Below, piece by piece: positions 31,801 through 46,120 of a stretch of DNA of 64,000 nt. The stretch covers positions 21,600,560 through 21,664,559 of the forward strand of contig NC_134027.1 in assembly GCF_964204645.1 (NCBI RefSeq), read 5' to 3'. The stretch comes from Tubulanus polymorphus. Its lineage: Eukaryota; Animalia; Nemertea. A program made the translations under genes and the position numbers. The notes below the pieces were generated by a model. It was not told where the DNA came from, made no database searches, and was given only the letters and a program-made list of their open reading frames with translations. Position 1 is the stretch's first letter. Each line of letters opens with the position of its first letter.

Positions 31801-34159
31801 AAAACAATTAAATGAAAATAGTTTGATATGAAAAAGAAGTAGTGGATATTGATAAAAAATTAGCATTGAATAAAAAATTCGCTCTAAAAATCTTGAAAAT
31901 TAATTCATTTTTCATAGGGGAATTATTTCACTTATGAATATTTGGATTGACCATTTCATTTTGATGAAAAAATTATTTTCTGCCAAGAAATATCTTATGG
32001 CACTTGATCAGCCACTACTCGTGAGCTATCATCATGTACTGGAACATTAAAGTACTTTTTTTAGAAACCAATTGTATCTACTTCATGGATCTATCTCATT
32101 CAGATATTATTCAGAGCGATCATAATTCCATTCGAGGAGCCTGCTCTATTGCCGAATGAGGCATTCGACTGCCTCGAGGTGTTTGACAATGCCTCCTCGT
32201 ACATAGGTAGGTTTTTAAAAGAAAATTAGTCGTATTGGACGACCCTTAACTCACAAAGGAGCTAGGTGAAATGAACGTTGATCTTTTTAACAGGCCACAG
32301 AATTGTACGTTATCGAGAGGTGTGCAGCAACCGAAAACAATGCTTGTAGTTGCGAGCAATTTTGGAATCAGCGGAGAAACGAAGGTAAGACATGTCGCTA
32401 AATTTGATTTCGAATTGTTCAAATTCGAGAATCAAAAGTATTTAAACGGATTGATTTACGGGAAATTATGGTGACATTCCGGAATTGGATTTAAGCTACT
32501 TTTATTTTGCCGATGTATGTGGATTGGTGAGCAATGTGGTTTGGTTTGGTTTATTTCTTGTGTATTGGCTGTTGAGAATGATTTGGTAACTTGGTAATCG
32601 TGATGCAGATGGAAAATTTGAAAGAGAATTTATTGTGTTAAGTGAAAAAAAAAAACAAACTGACTGACATTAACGAATTTGGATGAAGTGGGTGTAAAGA
32701 AACTGTGTTAAATTAACATTAATTGGACATTAAGTTATCATTGATTGGTGTAAATTCGGTACGGACAACCAACTAGCAAGTCGTATGATAAAATCTTTTT
32801 AGGAAAACTACTTAATACATATGAGTAATAAGTCAGTGAGCTCACTTAATTGAATTTAGGCAATATTTGGTCTGATTAATATTAATTATATTATCTTGTA
32901 ACTGTATATTCATTTTATAGAAAATATAATTGTACTATTTTTATATGAATAGTTCTGCGTTTAGTCAAGTTCAGTTCATGTATTTCTTTCTGACATTTGT
33001 TCCCAAACCCACCGTGGCAATTTCGGTTTTCTTTTAATCCTGTGTAGCAAGTGGGTATTTTTAGGTGTTTTGCAAATTGAAAAAATACATACAAAATTTT
33101 AAGAAAACACGTGATTTCGTATCTTGGTGCGTCGCTTAAATTCAAGAGTACACCCACAATCGTCAAGGTGGAGGGAATTCCGGCTAACTGCCCGCATGCA
33201 GTTGTGAATAAAGTTTTTGAGCCATATGGCTAAATCATAACCGACTCATACCATCCGACAATCGGCAAAACTGATTTTCGAAACTGAGAGAAGCAGTTTT
33301 AGAGATCATACTGATATCTCCGATACAAAGGAACCCAAAATACGCTCAGGTGTCTGTACCATTCTTACTGACGGTCTATCAATACGTATAGCACTGTCCG
33401 TTTGATTGAGATACATTCACAGACCTAACTATGCACTGTATATTAGAAACACAAAACTGCTCCCAGTGTAAAAAATTTAGGCAAATTCAGCACCAGATGT
33501 GAAGTACCAGCTGCACACCCCTTGATGAAACAGAATTTGTCCGCCAAATGCTGACTACATATATCACCATCTAATCAAGTGTACACTTGCTAACCCAGCA
33601 ATGCAATAGGTCAGCGTCATAATTCCAATCGGTGTCAAATGAAATCAAGCTTTTGATGCCCATAAAATTGTCTGTGTCCTCCCGCTCAAAGCGAGGCCTA
33701 TGAAATTTTTAGGGTAGCATAAGCAAAAGCTTGTTTGGAATGTCGACTGAAGACGAAGTAAATGAGATACGGGGCCACATTCAGAAACTTGAAAACTTTG
33801 CCAAATTGACACAAAATGAACTTACTCGACAAGGTAACGAAATGTCTTCGTTCATGAATCTTACCTCGGCTCGCTTCAAATAGTCATGGTAGCCATTGGA
33901 AATAATGATAATCTAATATCAAATCTCCAGACCAATGTTGTGAAACTCTCAGTTATCTTTGTGAAACTTGACACGAATTTCAGTCATCGAATACATCAAT
34001 GACGTAATTACTAAACCAACAGAAGCACGTAAACTGGGACAAACTGAATCCGGAGAAAACTCAACAGAAGACAAAAGAAGAACACGACAAGCAATATAAG
34101 GCCATCGAACTACCGTATGCGGAGGGTGACTAAGTTTGGCTCCATAATTCAAGAAACAT

Positions 34160-34506
34160 TGAGGGCCTAGCGAAGAAACTCCTACACCCGTATCGTGGTC
34201 CATACATCGTCACCAAGAAGTTATCACCTGTTAACTATATACTCAAAACATAGGCAAGATGAGTATCGCGAGCCCCAGTCCATGCAAACAGAACAAAGAT
34301 CTATATTCATCCAAGACAGATCCCTAGATCTGTCAGATGATGACGACGGTGCGCAAACAAATCAAATTGGTGAGGTAGACCAGACCTTCCCCGACAACGC
34401 CCAGACTGATCACAGAGAGAATGACGAAAGCTATTCCGTTGAGGTATTGTCGAAATCACGGAAGCGAAGTAATAAACGGCAATATTTAGTCAAGTGGCTC
34501 AGTTAG
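34160..34506 (+). pseudogene. Gypsy integrase C-terminus with GPY/F motif and chromodomain remnant
   Basis: GLAKKLLHPYRGPYIVTKKLSPVNYIL; YSVE...RQYLVKW. Confidence 0.75.
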
Positions 34507-36179
34507 ATTAATTAGTACATCTGAGCTGGAACCCTAAGTCATGCGTATGTTCTTTCTCTGTAGATATCTATGATTATAAATTGTGTGACTTATATCAGGG
34601 TGACACTTGGCCAGGAATCTCACAGGTGCAGTACGAGAGAATTAGAAGTGATGTCTTAAACTGCAATTCCAAGATGACCAAAAACTCACCAAAGAATTGG
34701 ACAACTGCTGAATTGAACATTGTCAACAGGAGTTCAACAACCAAAAAAATTGCTAGTAATTTTGGAGTTAGTGGAGTAGGAAGGTAAAAAATATGTCGCT
34801 GATTGGTCTTATCTTAAGTTTGTTTAAGATTATTTTTCTGTTTTTTCAGTTATTGATATCACCAACCAAAGCTTGGGAAATCCTGAAGAGTTTGCAGGAA
34901 CCATGTGGGATCCCAAGCCACTTCCTTGGACTATCCTAGAAAATCTGAATGAACCATGAATTGATTTGGTGCAGATGGAAAGAAGTAGAGAGTGATGGAA
35001 CTACCGCTAGATGTGTGTAGTGTCCATGACGTGTTCAGTAAATTCTTGTGGTTAGGTGCGATACGGAACAAGACATTGAAAACAGTTGCTGAAGTTTCCG
35101 AAAAGGATATTCTGTGAGTTTGGTAATCCACAAACCGACCACTGAATCGAATTTTAAGGGGAATTTGATACGTTTTAGTTCGCTAAGGCGTCCCCAATCT
35201 CAAGGAAAAGAAATGATCAAGTTTTGATTTAAAAATTGGGGAATTGTTTTTGTATTAAATATTTCAACAATGTTTTTACCTTTCTTTACTGTGGAAAGAT
35301 CACAATGGGAGTTGGAAAAAGATATAACGCTTTCTTCATTGGAGAGATGACAACACAAACTGGGTCGCACATATTCCTGAGCTTTAAAGAATAACTTTTT
35401 TCTGCACTATTAGTGTTTTGTGGAGGTATTTTGGGATCCCACTACAACTCTGTTGTTAATGAGTTTGGTGGGAGTCCATACCAGATGTCCATAAACCAAA
35501 AGAGTTGGACCCCTGGCACTGGGAAAACCTAAAACATTAGGTTTTATCATTAGGTATGAAGAAGCTACTAAAATTACTGTCTAAAGCCGAAATTCCAATC
35601 ATCCTAGATGACCCAAAACTCACAAAGAATTGGACGAGATGATTGCTGAATTGTAAATGGTCAAGAGGAATCCAACGACCCAAAACAACACTGGTGGTGT
35701 TAGTGGTTAATATGGAATACTAGAGATTTTGCCTAGTAATGGGGATGATGCGGTTAAGTGTTGTGATGGATAGGAATTTGTGCGCCAATGGTGTGTATAT
35801 GGTACATTGGTAATTCAAGTCACTTGGAGCATAGGAAAGTGGTGGGTTTTTCATAATGTGTGGTTTGGAATTGCAGGATATTGATAGTGGTTGCAGAGAG
35901 TGGGAAGGAATATGTGTGTAGTGGTAGTGTAAGTATGACAGAGGAGGATATATTGGGATGTGTGCCATCGAAATTGATGGTAATTATAGAAAACCGTAAC
36001 TTCGTTTGAGATGAACGGCCATACTTAAATTCTTTTCAACGAACTTAGAAGTCCAAGTTGGCAATGTTGAGCCACTTTTTGAAGTAAGTGTTCATTGCAT
36101 TTTAAATGAACATGTGTTGTTTAACAATTCCCACTAGTCATGAAGTCATATTTGTCATACCTTAGTTATTTTCATTACA

Positions 36180-36620
36180 GATGCAAGGTGAACTTTTTGA
36201 GGATCATGGGCTGAAAAGCTCCTTGAATAAAATATGAGCTCTGAAATGGCTACTATTGAAGCGAAATGCTCCTGTCGTTCTACTAACCATCTGAGTGAAA
36301 ATTTAGTTAACAGCAGCACCGGTACAGTTATTGGCTTCAAAGACGCTTTAGTAGTAAGTACATTGGGTAGAGATGAAAAGGTAAAATTTTTTAGGCATAT
36401 AAGTTCATATTGTCTTGAGTTTGGATATCAATCAACATCTATCAACTCAAAACATAGCAGCTAGCTTCCCAATGAATCTTCATCAAACATCTTTTTCAGT
36501 GAACGATCCAACAAATCTTCGACAATGACTTCTTGTATCCAATACCCAATGCACTTGGGATTTGCAGTCACAAAACATAGGTCACAAGGTATGACATGTG
36601 ATCATTGGTTGGGAAAAGGT
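36180..36620 (+). pseudogene. PIF1-family helicase C-terminal fragment (Helitron-like or viral)
   Basis: NLVNSSTGTVIGF and QYPMHLGFAVTKHRSQGMT, matching the PIF1 motifs GLVNG.xG.V and QxPLxLAxAxTxHKSQGxT. Confidence 0.65.
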
Positions 36621-37646
36621 AAGAAATTTGTTTCTGTCATAATTCCCCAGCCAGAAACTTTTAATAGTTATAGTTTTACGAGAACATGAAGCCGGTCACC
36701 GAAGTCCCAATAGATTGCTGCTCAAATCCTGTAGTGTAACCAGTAACAGACAGTTGTGATATGTGAGTTATTCCTGAGGAATTCAGCGATAACCAAATTG
36801 GAAGAAGACTTTACCAAGGAAGAATCTGATAATTACGCTACAGCCGCAACGACTTCAGTAATGTATGATTTACCGGATGATTTGATTTCCGATGAACTTA
36901 TATCAAAAGCGAAATACCAGGAGCCAAAAGGGTTTTTGGAGTGTTATCTAGTGTACTTCAATTTGGGCAGATAAGATAAAAGAAAACTGATCGCTACTAA
37001 GTGGTCGTAACTGTTGAACATCGGAGGGAAGAAACGCAAATTAAGGGTATCACAGGCGGCTTTTTCGGCATGGCAACAGTACAAGAAATTGCATTCGTGG
37101 CAGCAATGAGAAGCATGTACTGGTATATTCGCCATGATATTCCACGTACCACCACTCATAAGTCTAGATGCCCCCAATGTTGAGACCAATACGAGTTACA
37201 CATCAGAAAGGACAATGACGGGAATGGTTTTCACCATAGTAGGTGAAATCGTCAGTCATTTCAATCGACGGATTTACATTTTAGACATTTATTCACCCCT
37301 TTATTTCATTCAGGTCAGGCAATAGGAAATGATCAACTGGCAGCGATAAAAAAAATCCTGAGTTTGTGCCAGGGTGTTAATGAAGCTATGCACTACTAAA
37401 ACGACCATGACCTTGATATACGAAAGGTTGCGGGATTCAACGGCGACAGGGCGAGCATTAGACAGCAGTTATGGTGTTGCTGCATTGATGAAGCGTGCAA
37501 GTACTGATGTGGATACCAAAAACTGAGCTTAAAACTGGATATACAGGCAGGAAATTCATAGAAATCGGAGAAATCACTAGTTTATTGCGTGTTTACGAGG
37601 CTATGAATGTAGAACCTGGGCAGTTCATCAAATTTAGCACTCACAC

Positions 37647-38500
37647 TTGAAGGACGACAACTTTATGTCAATATGTGAATCTGTGCCAAGTGAAAAAATT
37701 ATGATCAAATTTTGTAAATATCTACTCGGAGTGGGTAAAAATACTAATATTGCAGCAGTAGGCGGGGAACTGGGACAATACCCAATCATTGTTATTTCTC
37801 TACGTCATTGTATTAAATACTGGCTACACATCAACTCGCTGACCAATAGGAGTCTAGTTAAAATTGCATACCTTGAATGTTATCTCCTAAGGTTTCTGGC
37901 TGGGCTGCTTACATGCAGAAACTATTATGTAAACTTGATCTTGCTAGTGTCTGGGAAAAGCATGGTACTAATTCCCGTGCAAGGACCGTCTTCAGGGCCA
38001 AAAAGGCACTCGAAGATGCATACTCTAAATGCTGGTATAACTATGTTAAGAGGCAAGATGCAAGCTCTAAACTTAGAACTTACAAAATTTTCAAAAAATC
38101 TTTCAGCTTAGAGAATTATTTTCTTTTTGATGCCTCTTACTATGTACGAAATACATTTACGAAGCTACGAGTCAGTAACCATTAACTTAGAATTGAAACT
38201 GACCGTCACACTAGACCATGCGTTCCTGCTAATGAAAGACTATGCAAAACGTGTGATTCTAGCATATCAGTCGAAGATGAGGAACATTTCCTTCTTCATT
38301 GCCCAGTGTATAATATCAGGCGATCTAAACTATACATGGACCTTGCCAGATTTTCAACATTTGATTTTAATCTTAACTGTTATTCGGACAAAATGGCCTT
38401 TTCTATTAGGCAGTAACGACCGTGAAATCATGAAGTATATTCAACAGTTTATTTCTGACTGTTTTTGTATTAGGAACTTTAAATTGTTTGGTGTACTACC
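37647..38500 (+). pseudogene. 3' fragment of a non-LTR retrotransposon ORF2 (CR1/L2-group-like)
   Basis: KFCKYLLGV..NIAAVGGELGQYP, SKLRTYKIFK, TKLRVSNH.LRIET, RLCKTC..VEDEEHFLLHCP; frameshifted. Confidence 0.8.
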
Positions 38501-39131
38501 GAAATAATGCCATAATTTCTCCACTGCATACAGTCAGTAACCTAAGCTGCAAACATATTTTTACTACAGCTGCATACAAATTAATTTGACCTTCGAACTC
38601 ATCAGGGGGCTATTTATTACGAGTTTCATTCATTGTTTATCTGTTAATCTGTGGATGGAAACGCTAACAAGTGTGACATCTTCGATATGATGAGTTTCTT
38701 TTTTCATCTGTAAATTATTTCCTGAGACGCTGAGTATTATATTTGCAGGTTTGGCAGAAAACTCTTGGACCCCCTTCCAAACTTTCTCATGATATGATTG
38801 GATTTTTTATGAGTAAAGGCCAAAACCGCCCCTAGCAACGCCCTTGGTTACCACTTTAGACCCCAATTACTCCTACCATAAGTTAGTGAATTGAATTGAA
38901 ATTGTGGAGCCATTTAGAAAACTATTACAGCTGCAGATAAACAATAGTTTTAAACACTCAAGGTTATGTGGATCTACTGCAGTGTTACTGGTAGTAGAGT
39001 GCTCAATCACAGAAATCTTCAGTTTTCATCAATTTTTTTGCAAAAACTTAGTATAAAAGCGATTCTGCACGGAATATTGATACTATATTTCGTTTCGACT
39101 GTTTACGTGGATGGTGTAAAGGCTGTTCAAT

Positions 39132-40924
39132 ATGGGGAAACCAAAACAGAAGGGTTGTAAAAGAAAATTCAGAGGTAATCAGCACACCCTACCCCAAGCC
39201 GCAGAAGGCGCGGAAACCGAGAACTTTCTGAATTCTTCCGCATCAGGAGCTAAAATTGCTACTGTTCTTGAGAACTATAGTGCTGATATTGATACAAATA
39301 CCCCTCTAGAACTTACAGAGGGCTATATCATTGTTGATTTGGGCATATTGACTAAAAAATTTCAAGAACTGGTGTCGTGTAAGTGTTGCGGTAAGGACGT
39401 GTCATGTTACGTCAATCGTCATAAAAAATCTGGTTTCTGCCAAACGATAGAGATGAAATGTAAAGAATGTGATTGGTTTGATAGCTTCAATTCTAGCAAG
39501 AGGACAACAGGAGTTGGGCCAAGAGCTCAGGGTCGTCAAATCTCTGATATCATAGCAGGATGGTCAATGGATTTCGATCTTTTGGTGAAGGCTTGCAGTC
39601 GATAGAAAAATTTTGTATGGCGGTGAATATGCCTCCACCCATGACGCCCAAGAACTTTACCAATTTGGTTGATATCATGGCAGATAAATACAACATTGAG
39701 GCACGTATCAGTTTAAGTAAAGCTGCAGCTGAAGTAAGAAAAAAAGTAACAGGACTAGCCGATCCAGGTGACGTTACAGTTCAATCAGGGGTCAGCGTAG
39801 ATGGTGCATGGCAACGTCGTGGCCATGCATCACATAACGGATTCGTCTCTGCCATATCAACTGTGAATAGTAAGGTTTTAGACGTAGAAGTCATGTCTAA
39901 CTTTTGTGCATCATGTAATAAGATGGAGAGTAAGATGGAATCACGAGAATACATGCGGTGGAAGGTGAAGCATGCTCCACAATGCAACCTGAATCACTCT
40001 GGAAGTGCGGGTTCTATGGAATCCAGCGGAGCAGTAAGGATCTTTGGAAGATCTGAGAACCACCACAACATTCAGTATACTGAATATCTAGGCGATGGAG
40101 ATAGTTCCTCCTTTAAATCCGTTTCGGAAAGTAAGCCATATGGTCCAGTCGAGATTGTGAAAAAGGAATGCATCGGCCACGTGCAAAAACGTATGGGCAC
40201 TCGCACCCGTGCTTTAGTTAAAAAAAACGCAAAAGTTCGGCTTTCAGATGGCAAAAAAATATCAGGTCGTGGCAGGCTGACTCAAAAGATCCAAGACAAA
40301 TGCCAAAATTACTATGGCATAGCTATAAGAGAAAATTTGAACGATTTGCCTGCTATGCAAAATGCGATCAAAGCGGGTCTATATCACATTGCCTCGACAG
40401 ATATGAAACCCCAGCACCATCTATGTCCTAAGGGACCAGAGAGTTGGTGTGGATACAACACTAAAGACCCCAAATTTAAGCATAGATGTGGGCTTCCGGA
40501 CAGTATTGTTGATCTTCTATTGCCAATCTATGATGACCTGTCAAGTGACGAACTCCTGCAGAAATGTACCCATGGCCGCACACAAAATTCAAATGAATCC
40601 TTCAACAAAATGGTATGGGACTACTATCCAAAAACAGTGTATACCAACAGGACTTCCTTTTCACTAGCTGTTGACATGGCTATATGCCAATTTAATGATG
40701 GCAATTCATCTGTTTTAAGTTTCTATGAGTCCCTGGGCATAGAACCAGGACTCTTCACGCGGCAACTATGTGCTAAGATTGACAACAGGCGAATTACCAA
40801 ATCAGTCTTCAGATGCTCTGAAAAAGCTAAACATCAAAGGAAAAGACTCAGAGCTAAGAGGAAAGGCTTAATTGATACTTATGAAGAGAATGAAGGAACC
40901 GTTTATGAGTCGGGGGGGTTTTGA
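39132..40924 (+). pseudogene. Kolobok-type ('Mutator-like' domain) DDE transposase with one frameshift near 39555
   Basis: VDGAWQRRGH, GDGDSS, KECIGHVQKRMG, GRLT, TQNSNES; candidate right end ...CTACC|TTAA at 41488. Left end not found. Confidence 0.78.
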
Positions 40925-42075
40925 GACATCATTGTGTACGTGAATTGTGAAAAATTGTCAATTTCTCAAAATGCCGATTTGACTCGGACTATGGGTACGA
41001 CTTTTCTGATAATTCGAAAAGTAATTGAGATATTGTAATGAAACTTTGTTTGTATACTCTTTGAATGTACAGCTATTGCCTGAACCTCAAAAATCCAACT
41101 TATATTGCTCTGTCTATTCGCAGTGATTGTTAGAATACATAATTAGATGACAAAATTTGTCATTTTCTGGCCGTAACAACTTCAAAAAAATTTTTTTCCC
41201 TAAAAGGTCAAAATATTTCAGTTTTTTTAGGTTCAGTCAATAGCCAGATGTGTTCTAGGTCATTCTAAACTGTTTTTATGAGTTTTGAAGCAATATTGTA
41301 TGTTTTAGGAGAAAAGTCCTAGACTATTCAAGTTTGACCTACTTTCGTGGCTAATTAGCATAAATTTGCATACTTAATTAATTTTTTCCAATTAAATAAA
41401 ATAACTTCACATAAGCTTTCATATGGTATATAGTTTCAATGGTTTATTGTTATGGCTTGAGATTTCCATTCAGAAGGGTAAGCCTACCTTAAAAAAAAAC
41501 TTACTTTTTTTGGGTCAAAATTTTAATATTTTGGGCCTGAATTAGAGCCGTTTTTCAGCCGAATGAGACGCCATATTGGTTTCTCCGACTCCACAGTTAA
41601 GCTAACTACCGCCAAAAACTGTCTTACGGAACACTCCCACGTATGGAGCGCTCCGGCTACGATCATAGAACGTGACACATGCGACGCGCGCCGATTGAAG
41701 CATGTCAACCGCTGTAGCCTGCCCACGCATCGCTTGCTAATTGGCATCGGGATTGGTTAAATAAGAGTTTTATAATATTTTCAGACTGTGACCAGATTCT
41801 TAAAAATAGAACATATGTAATATACATTGGAAATATATAAATAAAGGTATATATTTGTATCATCTACCTGTTTATTCTTTTTGTGCAGCAATAAGAGCAT
41901 TTTATTTTCTAATTTGAATGTATTTTCTTCAACGTACGTAACAAAAATCGGAAGGGTTATTGTTTCCCACGTCAATCAAGAAGGATCAAAGACTTTACAT
42001 GAGGCAATCCCGGTGCTGGTGGCTGTGAGACTTTTGGTTGGATTTTCTCACGGGTGAATAGTATTATAAGTCGTC

Positions 42076-43020
42076 ATGGGTCTGCTCAATTTGTTCATAA
42101 CGTCTTATTTCTGCGGGAAGATGGCCCGCGTCCCAGATTTGGCAGAGTTCGACTTTGTTTCGTTGATTCAGATCGGTGCGAATTCTAAGGATGACAGAGA
42201 ACACACGAGCGGCTGGTGTAGACAGCATGGCCTGCTGGAGAATAATATGGTGTGTCCAAACTGCGGAAGCCAATGCCGAGAACAGGGTGTGGCGCGTTAC
42301 GTCGACAGAGTGGCTTGGAGGTGTACAGCATGACGATGCAAGCAAGTTTTTAGTATTCATCGCGGGAGTTTTTTCGAGTCACATCTTCACTTGTGGCAGC
42401 TGCTGGGGCTCATTTACATCTGGAGCCGAAGTGCTGGTTCAAGCCGTGGCATGAGTGTTGCCGAAACTATGCACGAGCTTGAAATAGTCGGAGCACACCA
42501 TCGTCGATCGGAATCAGTTCTGCCGCGATGTCCGTGTATCCTACTTCGTTAATCATCCGACACAGCTCGGTGGACCAGGTAGACTGGTAGAAATAGATGA
42601 ATCACTTTTTGCTCGGCGAAAATATAACCAGGGACGAATCGTTGCGGAGCAGTGGATATTCAGTGGCTACGAGGCAGAGGCGAAACAAGGTTTCCTTGTC
42701 CCAGTACCCAGGAGAGATGCTGCCACGCGGTTGCCAATCATACAACGGTGGATTCGTCCCGGCTTCACCATGTGGTCTGATATGTGGCAGGCATATAATT
42801 GACAGGCATAGGATTGGCCAGCTGGGGTACCAACACGGTACAGTCAACCATACGGTCAACTTCGTCGATCCAGCCGCAGCCGTAACGACGAACCGTGTGG
42901 AGGCAATGTGGCAGCGAGCGAAAGCGAAATTTAAAGCGATGGCTGGCCCGTCAAATCGTGCGATGATACCTGGTTACTTAGCTGAGTTCGACAGATGCGA
43001 TTCGCGTAAATTCGACAGAT
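42076..43020 (+). pseudogene. Merlin/IS1595 (ISXO2-like) transposase, degenerate (copy at ~52500-53440)
   Basis: CPNCG Zn ribbon, GGPGRLVEIDES..RRKYNQGR, WSD.W.AY, HGTVNH..NFVDP, TNRVEAMW, YLAEF. Confidence 0.88.
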
Positions 43021-43224
43021 ACAATTCGCATTCAGCAACCGTCTAAAATTTCGGAACCACAGATCGGCAACTACTACAGATTTTAGACAGCAACAGGAAC
43101 CACAGCGAACAATTTCGAGGAGTGACAGAGCGATCTTTTTGGAGCAACGCTACCAAAACAAATCAGGTCTAAAGATGGCCCTGATTGGTACAGGAATATT
43201 GACAAACTTCAGCTGATCCATCAG

Positions 43225-43670
43225 TACAACATGTATGGGAGTGTGGACAAATTAGACCAACACATGTGATATTACCGCTACCCCCACAGTGATCAAAGGA
43301 TACCACGTAATTTATACTATGCTTTAGAAATAGCAATGGTAAATTCAAGAATCGCGTATAACATTGCTTTTCCGGATATAAAGCTTAGTGGCCGGAAGTT
43401 TCGATTAGCTGTAATCGAACCACTTTTACGTGTTCTACAACCTAACCAAATTCCTCAGCAGCTTGGTGCGGTTGATGAAAGGCTAACTGGACAACATTTT
43501 CCTGGAATCTATGCTGACAAAAAATTTAAACCTGAGTGTATAGTTTGTTCTAATAGTAGAGCAGGGAAGGGAAGCAAACCAGTCATTACTGCGTTCAGTG
43601 CAATATTCCAGTGTGTCTTGTTTCTTGCTTTCAGAGATATTATACGCGCCAGAATTATAAAGTTGTTGAC
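43225..43670 (+). pseudogene. piggyBac transposase C-terminal fragment (better copy at 53640-54092)
   Basis: GVDKLDQ..YY, VNS.I.YN, FRL, HFP, CIVC...RKQTSHYCVQCNIPVCLVSCF cysteine-rich domain. Confidence 0.85.
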
Positions 43671-44255
43671 TGACTTCATGCATTTATAAAACAGAGTAAT
43701 CTGTGATTTACAACCAGAAACATGATTTCAACAGAGATGAGAATGCCAACCAACCTATAAAATCTGCAGGTTTTTTTTTTTTGAGTTCCACACGCGAACC
43801 AGCAATCGACGCAAGCAACGAATGGGGGTCCTCCCCAAGAAAATTTTAGAAATTAAAAGCCTTTTCCGAGCACTTAGAGCGATCTTGAACCCATGAACGA
43901 CTATTATATTTTGGAAGGAAATGGCAAGTTCCAATGTGCTACATCTTCATTCGATGAAATGCAGCATCTCATGCATTAAGCCAAGCGCACACGAGCGATT
44001 TTTACGTGCAATTTCAGTGCGACTGAGAAATCGCATGGAAATCGCAGCGACTCGTCGCTCGTCTGCGGGGTCATGCGACTGCGACTGATTTCAGTTTTCA
44101 TCGCAAGCGACCGATCGCACAATATCAAACATGTTTGATATTGTGCGATCGAAAATCGCACGTCGCAGTAGAATCGCTCATCAATCGCTCCGTGTGCGGC
44201 AGAATAATTTTTCAGCCAATCAGCGACCACTGTTACATCACGCAGTACTTCCAAG

Positions 44256-46120
44256 ATGGCGACGCCCAGCAGTACCAAAACACCAGCATGGACAGGAGAA
44301 ATGGGAGATGTTTTAGTAGAGATGTGGCAAGAGAGGCCTTGCCTGTATGATATATCTAGCCCCGAGTACTGCGACCGGGCGAAAAAATTTTCAGCGTTGC
44401 AGGATATCGCCTCAGTGCTTGAACTAAGTGGTAAATGATAATATAACAACATTCAATTCCAATTCAATGTTTTATTTGTCATAGGCCTATATAAAATAAT
44501 TATTAACATGATACATTTGGAGTTGCATTATTCAGTAATTGAATAGGAGTTAAGATTGCAGTAAAAAATTCCATAATGTGGTGAAAAATATTCAGATATG
44601 ATTTATCCTTAATCTAAAAAATATCTTGACATCTTTATTTCAGTTCCACAAGTAAAAACTAAATTGAGGAGCTTACGCACTCAATATGGTAAAACCATTA
44701 AACCCCCAGCCAGTGGAAGTGCTGTTGTAAAACTGACTACTCGACAGAAGTGGCTGCAGACTAGGCTTCAATTTCTGCAAGCTCACATGGGCCTCAGACC
44801 AACAACATCGAATATTGAGGTACGATTGAAGAGATTTAAACTATCATCATATTCTCTTGCCATTCTACTGAACCGTGAGGAGATAGGAAATATTCCATCA
44901 GAAGTTCACGTTGTTTTTTAGCTGAAGCCGGTGAATTTCTTTCACGGGTACTGGATAGACCAGTAAGATCCTCTCCGTTTCTCCACAAACCATTGGTGAT
45001 TTGGCCCTGGGCATCTTCGTGATCGACCAAATTGGGCATCATATAATGGGGGGACTGATGCACGATCAAAAAGTTGTGCAGGCAACACGCAGCAAGAACC
45101 AAGTCTGTTACAAATTCTGGGCTTAGATTGATGGCACTTAAAAAAACCCTGAACCGATTTGCAAGGATTCCAAATGCATTTTCAACTACTCTTCTTGCTC
45201 TGCTAAATCTATAGTTATAAATTTGTGAATCCCTGTTAAGATTCCTATGCGGAAATGGTTTTCCTATATTATTTCGCAAATGGAAAGCATCATCACCAAT
45301 GATATGATAATGAATAGGGACGTCTTGGCCAGGGAGAATTTCTGGAGGAGGGATATTGAGCAAATCATTTTGTAATGCTTCGTTGAGGGATGACTGGTTA
45401 AAGACACCAACACCAGCCACTTCGTCCACACGCTCCCACATCGATGTACAGAAATTGATTATCTGCGTCAACTAAAGCCAGCAATACTACGCTGAAAAAA
45501 TGTTTGTAATTAAAAAACGTTGAACCAGTACAGTCTGGCTGCCTGATTTGTATGTGTTTGCCATCCAATGCCCCCATACATAAGGGATAATTCCATTTTT
45601 CATGAAAATTTTTAGCAACTTGTTTCCATACACCTTCCGATTTGGGGGTCTGAAAATATAGAATACGTTTCATTTTAGTTACAGAGTCAAGAATCGTCAG
45701 GTAGCCAGGAAAACAGTTTAAATGTTACTAGTGATCTAGAGGAAATTGAAGAAAGTGACGAGGAGCCGGATGCACCATTAACGAAATCAACGAAAAGACC
45801 TCTAGAAACAACCCCTGTCCAGTCTTCACAGCAGAAAAGGAAGATGAGAGATAAAAAGGAGATGGATGTGCTTGCTGGTATCGGAAATTTTCTCGAAAGC
45901 CGAAAAAAGTGCCCCTGCGCCTGCTCCTGTACCAGTTTCCGAGGATGAGATTGACACATATTGCAAAAATCTGGCTCATAACTTTCGAAAACTGGATGAA
46001 GATGCCTATGCCCACATAAAGCATGAGATTGCAGACATGCTTTATAAAGCACGAAGGGGGACACTTTTGACACCTCCTGCACAGTCGTATTTTGGAAATT
46101 GGGATAATGTACGCTACTAA
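44256..46120 (+). pseudogene. Harbinger MADF (Myb/SANT-like) DNA-binding gene, three exons
   Basis: WTGEMGDVLVEMWQERPCLYD..SPEY (exon 1), LRSLRTQYGK..SGS (exon 2, ~44644-44819), exon 3 from ~45685 with BESS-like EDEIDTYCKNLA; a frameshift in exon 3 is likely. Confidence 0.78.

Larger units (their letters stand above)
41686..43912 (+). repeat. Segmental duplication, copy 1 (copy 2 at ~52115-54325)
   Basis: Collinear Merlin + piggyBac block repeated with few differences. Confidence 0.92.
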
